From positions 187,488,001 through 187,552,000 of the forward strand of contig OX597814.1 in NCBI GenBank assembly GCA_951406725.2: a stretch of DNA of 64,000 bases, in the 5' to 3' direction. The stretch comes from Octopus vulgaris (lineage: Eukaryota). The first letter of the stretch is position 1. Every line of letters begins with the position of its first letter. The notes beneath the pieces were generated by a model. It made no database searches and was not told where the DNA came from. It saw only the letters and a program-made list of their open reading frames with translations. Shown here one piece after another: positions 52,643-64,000 of the stretch. The position numbers and the translations under genes are program-made.

Positions 52643-54553
52643 AGAGTAAAGAGTAAAAGAGTAGAGCCACCCAATATTTCAAAGGATCACTTAAACTATA
52701 AATTTTGCCAATCTGAAAAGTTTCAGGTACTCAAACATCCCACAATATCTCTCAAAGAAAATCTGAGGTTGTTATTTCCAGATGAAGCCAAGTGACACAA
52801 ATTCAAAAAATTCTAATTACAAGCTACATGGAACAGCCCCACTTGTTAATGAATATACATTTTGGTCTGAAAGCCTCCTTTTAACAATTTAGTAGTCTGC
52901 ATTGAAGATCTGCAACATTTTTCTTAAGATCTGCATTAACGAATAGGAACCAATCTCATTAACAACTGTGACTGGTGGCTACATCTGCCTCATGAAACAC
53001 ATCTGAATGATCAGACATATTTTATGTGTGAAACCTTAAGTAATGCTGTAATGAATTACTGATTCTCTCTCTCTTTATATACATGTATAGGGTTAGGCAG
53101 ACTTAAGATGAAACAGTCTGATAAAGAAACAATTTTGTTATTCAAGAGAAATATATGTAAATGTCTTCTTTTCTATACCAAGCTTCTTTCTAGTACAGCA
53201 GAAGTTAGAGAGATATCTCTTGTATTCATAACCAAACAACCAACCTTTAGGCCCTTTTCATCCTGTTATTACTAAGAACAAGATATGATATCATACATAT
53301 GGGAAAAAAAAAGTTGTCAGGCAGCATTTTCATTCTAACTAGGTTTCTTTTTTCTTTTCTATTTCAAAAATTTGTAATGTTTTATAACAAGATAATGCCA
53401 CAGTTTACGTACATGTTTCTTTAAACCAACTGGGTCACTAGTGCAATTTTTGTAGGTGTATATTGTAACATACAGTAATTTAGCATATTTAGTGATGGGT
53501 GTAAAGGAAAACAGAATATTGACTCCACATGCCAAATAATATTGAGGAAAAGAAACTCTAAAATTCTTATGAGACTTATAGAAATTGTCATAAGAAAATA
53601 TAGATTCTTAAGTCTTTATCTTTCAACTAAGAGTAATCACAAGAAATAATTATAGCTAACTTGATAATTTGAAAAAAGATTTTCAAAGTAACTTTGTTCC
53701 AGTGTTCGTTAATTTATTTTCTTTTTCTTAGAAACATTTTGACTACCTATACATAAATGCAAGTGGAGTACATTTAAGAAGAAAATGATGATTTTTGCAC
53801 CTTATGTACATACATATCTCAGGTTTCCTTTCTCACACACACACACAAGAAAGCCAGGTGTTATTTTCAGTTAGCTGCACAACCTACAGCTGAGAGACAC
53901 AAACTGAAGAAAATTCTGATTGTGAGCTGCATAGACATGCCTCACTTATTAATGAAATTACATTTTAGCTGGGTAGAATCTCTTATAACATAGTAGTTGG
54001 GACTTAGATTTAAACAAATGAAGGAAATGTGGATTCCATAAAGTATAGAACAAGAAACCTGCCCATGAGAACAGTAACTCTGAATAAAACCTGATACATG
54101 ATAGAAGGTAATCTTTAGTCCTGAAATCAATAAATTATCTAATGCCAATAGCAAAATAAAATGTGCCCAAACCTTACTGCAAAATGCATAGCGATAGGAA
54201 TGGGATCACAATAGGTAAGATACCGTAAGATACCTGTCCAGCTCAGGCTTGCATTGAAAAATAGACATAAAATGATAATGGCAATGATGATATCAATTGG
54301 AGGTGGTGGGAGGGGATGTTTCTCAATACTGAGTTTACACTTGGGAAGTTCCAGTTGCTTGCCCTTGCATGCAAATCTCCCTTCACACCACTAATGTTGT
54401 TCAAGGGAAACGCAAGAGCCCTGTACAGCTTGGTACAAGTTCTGTTGTAGGTAGTGACATCAGAATAGAAAGATCTGGAACAGAAACTGCAAGGCAGCCC
54501 ATGCAACAGTCTAATGATTCTGTCAATTCACTGCCCTGGACTAACATGTGTGT

Positions 54554-54890
54554 TGAGACCCCTTTCGGTCATGACTGATCATGGGATTGTACCTAGAAAT
54601 TTACCCTCCCAGGCACAGGTCCGGGCAAGGTTGTTTATGGAAGACCAGCAGTCGCCCATGCATACCGGCCTCCCCTCTCCACATCACCAGTTTTATCCAA
54701 GGAAAAGGCAAAGGCTGATACAGCTTAGCACCTGTAACGTCGCAACTCATTTCTACAGCTGAGTGAACTGGAGCAACATGAAATAAAGTCTCTTGCTCAA
54801 GAACACAACACGCAGCCTGGTCTGGGATTCGAACTCACAACCTCACGACCATAAGCTCGATGCTCTAACCACTGAGCCATGCGCCTTCAC
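54554..54890 (-). mobile_element. tRNA-derived SINE (family E)
   Basis: Revcomp head gtgaaggcgcatggctcagtggttagagc...gagttcgaatccc; aacatgtgtgt at 54543-54553 and 54891-54901. Confidence 0.85.
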
Positions 54891-54904
54891 AACATGTGTG
54901 TATG

Positions 54905-54935
<31 letters not shown>

Positions 54936-54958
54936 GCATACACACATGTTGTGAAGGC

Positions 54959-55021
<63 letters not shown>

Positions 55022-55336
55022 ATATACCAACATATAAGCCAATTCCCAAATTTTCCTAGATTATGTTTTGGGTCATAGTCAACATACAAGACCCTTCTTC
55101 TCTACAAAATAAATAAATAAGTTTACAGTTGTGTTTTCATTGAATGTCACCAAAAAATGGTTAGGAGATATAGTGAATTAATTACTGCAATATACAATAC
55201 ATTGTCTGTCACTATCATCATCATCATTTAATGTCTGTCTTCCATGCTGGCAAGACAGAGGACTGTGCCAAGCTCTAATGTCAGCTTTAGCCTGGTTTCT
55301 ATGGCTGAATGCTCTTGTTTGTTTGTTTGTTTGTGC

Positions 55337-55732
55337 GTGCGTAGGAGTGGCTGTGTGGTAAGTAGCTTGCTTATGAACCACATGGTTCTGGGTTCAGTCC
55401 CACTGCGTGGCACCTTGGGCAAGTGTCATCTACAATAGCCTTGGGCCGACCAAAGCCTTGTGAGTGGATTTGGTAGATGGAAACTGAAAGAAGCCCATCA
55501 TATATATGTATATATGTGTGTGTATTTATTTATGTGTCTGTGTTTGTCTCCCCAACATCGCTTGACAACCGATGCTGGTGTGTTTATGTCCCTGTAACTT
55601 AGTGGTTTGGCAAAAGACACTGATAGAATAAGTACTAGGCTTACAAAGAATAAGTCCTGGGGTCGATTTGCTCGACTAAGGGCGGTGCTCCAGCATGGCC
55701 ACAGTCAAATGACTGACACAAGTAAAAGAGTA
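55337..55732 (+). mobile_element. SINE family A, full length
   Basis: Collinear and highly similar to 52215-52642. Confidence 0.92.
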
Positions 55733-56115
55733 AGTATGTGTTGTGTGCGCGTGCGTGCGCATGCATGCATAAGCACATATGTGTAAATATGTATTCGTTC
55801 TTTAAAATAAAGTTGGATATATTTTTAATAGGGGAGGATTTGAAGAAAACTTGAACAATAACACAGTAGAATAATTTAGAAACATTTGTACTTTCCATGA
55901 ATCTTTATCTTAAGTGTTTACATTGAAAAGACAAGCCGTAACACGTTGCAATTAAAGTCAAATTAAATAAATCATCAAATGACAACTTTTAATGCCATTC
56001 AGACATGAAGCATTAGAAAGTTTGAATAGGAACACAATCATAATGACTCGATTCAGTGCTACTGAAGATAGAAGCCTTGTTTCGGAAAATTTTATCAACC
56101 TGGAGTTCAAAATAT

Positions 56116-56152
56116 ACTGCTGCTGCTACGACTACTATGACTACTACTACTA

Positions 56153-56193
<41 letters not shown>

Positions 56194-56275
56194 ATTACTA
56201 TTACTACTGCTGCTGCAGCTACTAATACCACCACCACTACTACTATTACTACTACTACTACTAATAATAATAATG

Positions 56276-56317
<42 letters not shown>

Positions 56318-56318
56318 T
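56116..56318. repeat. Compound trinucleotide microsatellite (CTG/CTA/ACC/AAT)
   Basis: Seen directly; source of the poly-A/T/N/C/Y ORFs. Confidence 0.95.
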
Positions 56319-57349
56319 ATTACTACTTGTCATTGGTTACTATTTATTTATTTATTTTATTTATTTCTATTCAGAAATAAATATGCCAACTGAGTACTAA
56401 TCGCTTAACAGTTTAAAACTACTATTTTTACTGAATGAATAACCTCACCAACACTTCCAAGAGGATTTATGATAATGACAGACTGAATATCTTGATCTGT
56501 CAAGGAAGAAAAAAAATGAGGGAAGAAACAAACTACAGCTTATAAGAAAAGTACAAGGAACACAATGAGAACAATGTAGCCACAAAATAGGCTACAAAAT
56601 AAAATGAAAAGATGAAAGGACAAAATGAAAACTTCGGGGCTTAATTGAGGAAAAAACGAAAATAAAATTTAGTAAATATTAAACAATAAACTACATACAA
56701 ACAGACATGGATGAATGAATAGACACACAGGATAGGAAAATGAGAGGTTTTGAATCAATTTTGCTGGCTTTAGAGAAGGTATTAAATAAATATGAGTGAG
56801 GAAGAAGCAAATTAGTGTAAAGAGGTGAGAAAAATATAAGTTTATTTTCCTTCATTGAAGATGTTATGACAACCCTTGCACACAGAAATAAATTTTTACT
56901 ATTTCAGCTGTAAAAGTGTAAAAACAATGAAAAAGAAGATGGCAAAGAAATATGAAAATTATTTATCAACATTTATGATATGTAAGTCTCACTGGCCATT
57001 AATCCTATTTCTCCTCTAAGAATATAGCTGAAATTAATAGAAATAGACTAATTGCCTTAACATCATTGAATGTCATTGCACTACATTCTGAGTTCAAATC
57101 TTGCTGGGAGTGACAACTTTCATTCCTATGGGGAAAGGACTGATAAAATAAGTAGCAGTCATACACTTAAGATTGATTTTTAAAATTTGCTTTGCAAACT
57201 ACACATGGTTTGAGTGTTTGGTCCACCGTGCAACACTCTGGACAGCTGTATTCTTCCACAGCTGCAAGTGGACAAAGGCTTGTTAATGAACTCTGAAACG
57301 ACATAGGAGCCTATCAGAGAGATCATTCTTGTTTTGGATATAGACTTAA

Positions 57350-57586
57350 CCCTTTAATATTCAGATTACCCAACCAACTGTAATGCTTATTTATTCATAG
57401 TAATGCTTATTTATTTATATTATTTTGTATTTATAATGCTTGTCTCATAGCTTTGAAATTTTGGTGATATCTCTATTTATTTTTAGAATGATAGTGTAGG
57501 GTCAGTGTGAGAAACCAGATCTGGTCAGTTTGATACAAACAGGTAGAATATTTGGACTAGATATGGTCAGTTTAAATACTAATGGG
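57350..57586. mobile_element. TTAA-type MITE
   Basis: TTAA|ccctttaatatt ... aatactaatggg|TTAA; internal duplication of gtaatgcttatttatt. Confidence 0.85.
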
Positions 57587-58895
57587 TTAAGCGATTGCCT
57601 AGTTTAACATCACCACCAGGCCTTTGGTTGTCTATTTTCAAAGTCTATTTGCAAACAGCTGAGCTTTTATTCCAGTCTAAGGATAATTTGCTTCAACCAG
57701 TCTCAGAGGTCTTGTAAAGAGTTATGGGCAATGCTCTTTCTTCTTCTGACTAAACCATGACAAAAAAGAAAACCTGTTTGAAATTAAACAAGGTAAGATT
57801 GTAGAAGGAAAAAACTTTGAAAATTCTTATTTACATCTATTCAAGCATTTTAATATTTGACAAAGAATGCGACTAAAATATTTTTTTATATATGATGTTC
57901 TCATAAACATCACAGAAAATAAGCTTTCAATAAAATGCAAGCAAAGATTTCAAAAATATATACTTAAAAAGCAGCCACAAAAATACAAATATAAATGAAT
58001 CTGTATTTAAAAAAACAAGTTTGATGAAGTTATTCTAGCAAATGTAATTTTACTACGATATACAATATATGGGTAAAGAAATTCTTTTTTATTTTTATTT
58101 TATTTTATTTTTTAAAAATCTATTCAGTGCAAAAAAATCAAGTAGGTAGATTGCAAAATTAGACTAATGTCTGAAAACCAGTGGTCAAATATTAAACCAG
58201 TTAACTTAGTTTGTTGACTGCATCTAACAAGCCAGATATCAAATTATTAATAATCTGAACACTTTCTGAGTTATCTACAAAATCCGCAATAACTAGTTTC
58301 CATACTTCCTTCTTTCTTTCATTCCTTGAGTGGCTCTGCTTTCAATGATTACCATAATATTGCAGCCTACTAAAATATATGCATATACAAAATATACGCT
58401 TCAATCATGAATTTTCATAACTTTTTTCTATTTGTAAAAACCTCTGCCAACTGATCAAAGCAGGTTTAAGAAAACTATGCTTTGTAGATGAGGACAACAA
58501 AACAAAAACACACAAAAAAAAATATGAAATATGTTCATAGCTGTTAACTTACTTGCTTGCTAACAAAGGACGTATTCTCCCTTAAGCATGAAAATTCAAT
58601 TTCGTGTTAAATTAATTGTTAGTTTCTTCAAATTATCTCCCCTTTTCTTTGTGCCCATCATTCAGTACGTCACCATCTGTCTGAATTAATTTAATAGCAG
58701 CTGAATTTGAAGAAAACATAATCCCAGAGCTGCATTAACAAATAAATGCAAACAACAGCATAAGCAGATAACTGTCTTTGAAAGAGCAAGCTAATCTGCA
58801 AAATCTATTTATTCACTCAAGAACCATATTGGGTGCAAGGATGAAAAACACTTTCTTCACTTAAAAGGAAAGAGGATAGACAGATAGATAGATAG

Positions 58896-58948
<53 letters not shown>

Positions 58949-60237
58949 TAGAAAAAGAGAGAGAGAGAGAGAGATCGCCCACAAAATTCCTGCTTTTCTC
59001 ACCCTTAAAAAGTAAATATTCCACACCACTCTAAATCCATTCATGATGTGTCCATAGATTTTTGCTCTCCTAATGTTGGTGCTATTATCAATATTTCAGC
59101 TGAAATTGCCATACAGCATTTATCCATTAGCATTTTATCATTCTTTTATTTTGTCTTACATCTTTTACAATACTTGGTACTACTTCCCTAGGACTTCAGT
59201 AGACTGAAAGTTTATGCCAGCTTTGTTTTCAATATCAAACAAGTATCAATCGCTTTTAATAACTCTGGCTAGGGCTTTTTTTTATGTCCATTGGCTTCTC
59301 TTAGTCTTCTTTACAGGTGATAATCTTGGCAAAATAATCTTGTTATCAAAAATATAACAATTTTATACAAACACTAGATGGAAAGGCTGAAGGGCTGAAG
59401 TTGAAAGTTACATGTTAAGTTAATGTGGATTCTTTGTCATGAAAACAAGTTTGAGCTAGACAACAACAGCACCACCACTAACACCTCAATTCTGCATGTT
59501 TCGTACACTGGCATGAGTTAAAGGGTTTGCCATGCTCCATCCCATTTTACATGTAGCGTGTGCACACACGCATGCACACATACACACTCACACACAAAGC
59601 AACAGAGAAAAAAAAATCAGCTTTGGTGTTGTGGACTTGGTGTATTTTGTTGTGCTCCTGAGACACAAGAGAGATTGTTCAAGAGAGGAGGATTACATAC
59701 TCCTCTTTATCCTGTATCAATACTAATGCAAAGTTAGTGCCCTCCTTAGCTGGTTCTTACTTGGAGTGGCTGCTCTCCGAGACAGGCTGCTCTCTGAGAC
59801 AGGCTGCCTGCACTGCAATATACAATGTTTGTCTCCACCACTTTTTGGCATAGTTTTGCAGTCAGTTGCCCTTATTTGGAATCTCTACCACTCTAGATGC
59901 ACTATGGTCTGTTCAAGAGTTCTCAAAAGCAGAGAATAAGGTTGTTAAACAATGTAAGTAGACAGAGAGATAGTACAGTGGTACTTTTTGAGTTAAGCAT
60001 GAAGCTATCTCCATGATATATGTTGGGATGGGTAGTTAACGGGACAATTTACTGCTCTAGAAAAAAAGAAGAGTGTCATACAAAGGAAACTTATTGTCCC
60101 AAACAGTGGCTAGGTGGGTATTATATAGCTGTCAGGCAATAGAAGTAAAATTAGTTCTTCATTTTTAACCAAGGATACAAAGATCACTAGCAGTAGCTAT
60201 ACAAAGTGTTAAATACAGCTAAGTATATACAGGGAGG

Positions 60238-60535
60238 GTTTGTTTGTTTGTTCCTTCTTAAGCCATGCCTGGCTCATAAGGGCCAGTTTCCCGGTCTCTT
60301 GGCATATAGGTTCTCCACCTGGATGGGACACCGGTCCATCGCAGGTGAGCTGCAAGATGCAGGAGGAAAGAGTGAGAGAAAGTTGTGGCGAAAGAGTCAG
60401 CAGAAGTTCGCCATTACCTTCTGCCGGAGCCGCATGGAGCTTAGGTATTTTCGCTCATAAACACACACATCACCCAGTCTGAGATTCGAACCCGCCATCC
60501 CTCGACCGCGAGTCCGCTGCTCTAACCACTAGGAC
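60238..60535 (-). mobile_element. tRNA-derived SINE (family D), GC-rich, young
   Basis: Revcomp head tagtggttagagcagcggactcgcggtcgagggatggcgggttcgaatctc; (AAAC)n tail; TSD acagggagg at 60229-60237 and 60536-60544. Confidence 0.88.
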
Positions 60536-60884
60536 ACAGGGAGGATGCTGGGCAGCGGTGGTCTGAAGTTGACTTCATGATTTGGTGAGCTTTCTTACCT
60601 TGGTCATCCAACTTCATAAGGGCATCTTTACAATGGCTGGGAGGTCATATACCTATGACACAGTTAGGTGTTTGTCTACTGAGGAACTAAAAGTAGAAGT
60701 CTATGACCACTGGGTTTAAAAGTTCTATTATATAGGCAGTTGAGAGTGACGTTATAGAAGTAGTCTAAAAATTAGACTGTCTCAATGGTGCTATGTTGTT
60801 TAGCTACCAAGGAAGTATATGCTGATAAGCATTATGGAAATTGGTGGTGAGAACTAGTATACTGCCAGGAAAAGAAAGAAAGAA

Positions 60885-61045
60885 AGCCTTGGGTCCTGTA
60901 ACATATGAACTAAAAATATTTGTCAATGCCATGGACATGGATAAACTTTCTACAAATATATGAATTGTTAAAAAAGAAAGCACATGTTCATCAGTCTTGT
61001 AACAGATGAATTAAAATTATTTGCTGATGTCACTGAACTTAATTT
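60885..61045 (+). mobile_element. Very old CR1-like RT remnant
   Basis: LGPV....IFVNAMD and LFADVTEL resemble LGPVLF.IFINDLD and LFADDTKL. Confidence 0.4.
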
Positions 61046-62391
61046 TTTTGTTTCCTTATTTTATACTTTGTGACTATCTTTAATCCTAATATTCTAACAC
61101 ACTTTGGGGGGTTCATAGTAAAATTAAGCACTTTTACCACCTTACTAAGCCAGAGAGGGACATATTCTTTGTAATCAACTTCTGCCTGACTAGAAAGTAT
61201 ATTGTACATTTTACTATGCAGAATACAACTGTGATACACACACACACACACACACACAATCAAACACCAGTTGTTAAAATGTGGCAAAAAAAAATCATGA
61301 ACTGATATGAAATTTGATGATAGTAGTTTTAACCAGTCTCTTAAAGAAGTAGAACTTAAAAAATCTACTGATTCATTTCATGTCTTATTTCAACTTAAAA
61401 ACTGCTAATTTCATCAGGATCTCTAAGAAAATTTCCTGCCATTTTGCAAAAGGAGTGCATAAATGGATAATTACCTTGCCACCTTATCTTTTTCCAGTTG
61501 TCACTTCCCTATTAATTTCATCGAATTCATTATGTTTATTTTTTTCGATTTCAACATTTTCCATCGTATTATATAACTCAACTGAGACTTTATTGTCACT
61601 AGATTTAATAGCAGATAACAGGTTTTGTTCAGATGCAGTGATGATACAAGTTAATTGATTATTGTAAACATCCAGAATCACTTTAGTTTTGTGGAAGAAA
61701 GGATGAGAAGAGATATAAACAATTGGCATGGCAAACATTGATTAGCTAGATACTAAAATTAAGCAGCATGAAATAGTTAGAAAAATTCATTTTAAGTGTC
61801 ATGTTGTCAGTGTCAGCTGAACTACAAACCAGAGCGTGTTTATCAGGTTAGAGCAGTATTACACAATAAGAAAAATGTTAGCTAATGAAGGCAGCCTATA
61901 ATAAAAAAAATAATTAAAAAAACGGATTGTGAATGTGAGACAAGTGAGTTGTGGGGAGGAGACAGTTAGTTATGCATGAACAAGGATGTTTGTGAAGTGG
62001 GGGAGGGGTCAATAAATAATAAAAGAATTATGACATGTTATGATGTAAATCATTTGAATATCAACAAATAAAACTAGATAAGAAATGTAAGGTTCAGTAT
62101 ACTACAGAATGAAACAAAATCTAGCAAGCTAAAAAAACAAAGAAGAATGAGGCTGCAACAGACATTTCAGTAGGCCTTTCACTTTCGCAAGATCAACTTG
62201 GTGCAAGGGTTCCTCTTTTACTTTATACTTACTGGAGAAGCAAGTCAATTAACCTTTGACAATTACAAAAGTTGTAGGGCATACAGTTTTGACAAAAGTT
62301 AATGTCTTTTGGCTCCTTGACAAGATAAGATTTTTGTCTCAATATTTTTCTATTATATAACAAACAGTAATAGTCCAATCAGAAATATATA

Positions 62392-62605
62392 TTCTTACTC
62401 TTTTACTTGTTTCAGTCATTTAACTGTGGCCATGCTGGAGCACCGCCTTTAGTCAAGCAAATCGACCCCGGGAGTTATTCTTTGGAAGCCTAGTACTTAT
62501 TCTATTGGTTTCTTTTGCCGAACCGCTAAGTTACGGGGATATAAACACCCAACCATCGGTTGTCAAGCAATGTTGGGGGGGACAAACACAGACACACAAA
62601 CATAT
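62392..62605 (-). mobile_element. SINE family A, 3' half
   Basis: Matches the reverse complement of the 52440-52640 tail. Confidence 0.88.
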
Positions 62606-63803
62606 ATCCTGATTATAGAACTATTTTATCATTAAAGAGACTATATTCATAAATATCCTCTCAGTTGACATCACCTCACCACCACCCCTAAAGACTTCAG
62701 CCATCTGTTAGCAAATTAAATAAAAACAAGATGGCTGAGGAGCAGTTTCAAAAATGAAAGAAGAAAAAAAGATTTTTTTTTTTTTAATATGACTTGATTG
62801 AGTTTAACATATTGTAAAGACTACGCATATAAACAGATAGCATTTCACCAGGTTATGTGGTTGGAAACAAACACAAAGAAAATAAACAAACAACATAGAC
62901 TACTTTTGTTCTGCACAAAGAAAAGCAGTAAATATGACAGTCATATTGGCCATCGATATAATCATAATAAAATATCAATCTATTTGCTTTTTATAACTGG
63001 AGAATGCTAAAAGGGATTTTTAATTGCATCTCTTTAAGGATCAGTTAAACCAGCACATTTTTTTTAATAACATCTCTTAACCAAAATCATAACAAAACTA
63101 CTGTTTTATCTTCTCAGGAATAACCATCTACAAAACCAAACCTTTATTAAATCTTTTATTCATCATAGCACCATTTAAAAATCTATACCATTAGTCTGTG
63201 AATAGTACAAATTTATAACAAAGATTTTAGCCACATACTATCTGTATGGTATTTTTACAAAGCATTTCAAGATTTAGATCTTTTTTGTTTATGTTTGTTT
63301 TAAACCAGGAACAAAGGAAAATCAATATTTTTCTTAACAGCTAAATCATTGCTATTTTTAGACGTATGAAATGTATCTGTGAAAATCAAATCAATAAAGA
63401 ATATAATCTTCTGTAGAAGATAAATATGTTGGATTAAGGGAGAAGGAAAAAAATAAGATTACCAAAAAAAAAAAAAAGATACAGAAAAGCTAAATCTAAT
63501 GCATAACAAATATCTCTGGTCTAAATATTTAGAAATAATTTAGTGAGCTTGATCTTTAGAGGAGAATAAGACTGTCATATTAACATGAAAAACCAATGGA
63601 TGTCTGTCATGTATCATTTCTTGATGGTTGACTTTCTTAGAACAGCACTATTCACTCAATACTGGTAAAAGTATTTTCATAAAGAATGATATTTCTTAGT
63701 CAATCAACTAAAAATTTATCTACAAAATTTGCTTTGACCTTGTCACACAGGTTATTTCCTAATCAAGCATTTTACCACAGTATTTTTCACATATCAAGTA
63801 ATT

Positions 63804-64000
63804 TCCTCTTTACTCTCTTACTTGTTTCAGTGATTTGACTGTGGCCATGCTGGAGCACTGCCTTTTAGTCGAGCAAATCGACCTCGGGACTTATTCTTTG
63901 TAAGCCTAGTACTTATTCTATCGGTCTCTTTTTGCTGAACTGCTAAGTTATGGGGACGTAAACACATCAGCATCGGTTGTCAAGCGATGTTGGGGGGGGG
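63804..64000 (-). mobile_element. SINE family A, 3' half, running off the window
   Basis: Same tail consensus as the 62392 copy. Confidence 0.88.

Noticed and set aside
55992-56400. Poly-A/T/N/C/Y ORFs resembling low-complexity transcription-factor tracts
   Set aside because: A compound microsatellite open in several frames and on both strands; no domain.
56470-56495. Plus-strand DNDRLNI resembles ZMIZ1 TNDRL
   Set aside because: Opposite strand to the gene; only four residues match.
60465-60535. tRNA-like sequences here and at ~54820-54890 and ~30275-30345
   Set aside because: They are SINE heads: no closed acceptor stem, continuous with SINE bodies and bounded by TSDs.

Overview
AT-rich, microsatellite- and repeat-dense eukaryotic DNA. 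The SINE families and composition suggest a coleoid cephalopod, most likely Octopus (inference). Almost all ORFs in the supplied track are artefacts of microsatellites or decayed transposons. The only host coding sequence I can support is one 114-nt minus-strand exon (28581-28694) encoding [38 protein letters not shown], the N-terminal TPR-like region of ZMIZ1 (Zimp10). I could not find the neighbouring coding exons, so the whole window probably lies in two very large ZMIZ1 introns. These introns hold at least five SINE families (many nested, several with clear TSDs), RTE and CR1/L2/Jockey-type LINE remnants, a Penelope GIY-YIG remnant, TTAA- and TA-type MITEs and a ~575-bp (AG)n tract. The most unusual signal is a pair of short non-autonomous, Penelope-like foldback insertions, each flanked by a 12-bp TSD and carrying minimal hammerhead-ribozyme motifs. 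One (29920-30584) has a tRNA-derived Pol III head fused to a hammerhead tail; the other (47848-48097) carries a compensatory U3-A8 hammerhead core. Family names A-E below are my own labels; all family assignments come from recalled motifs, not database searches.
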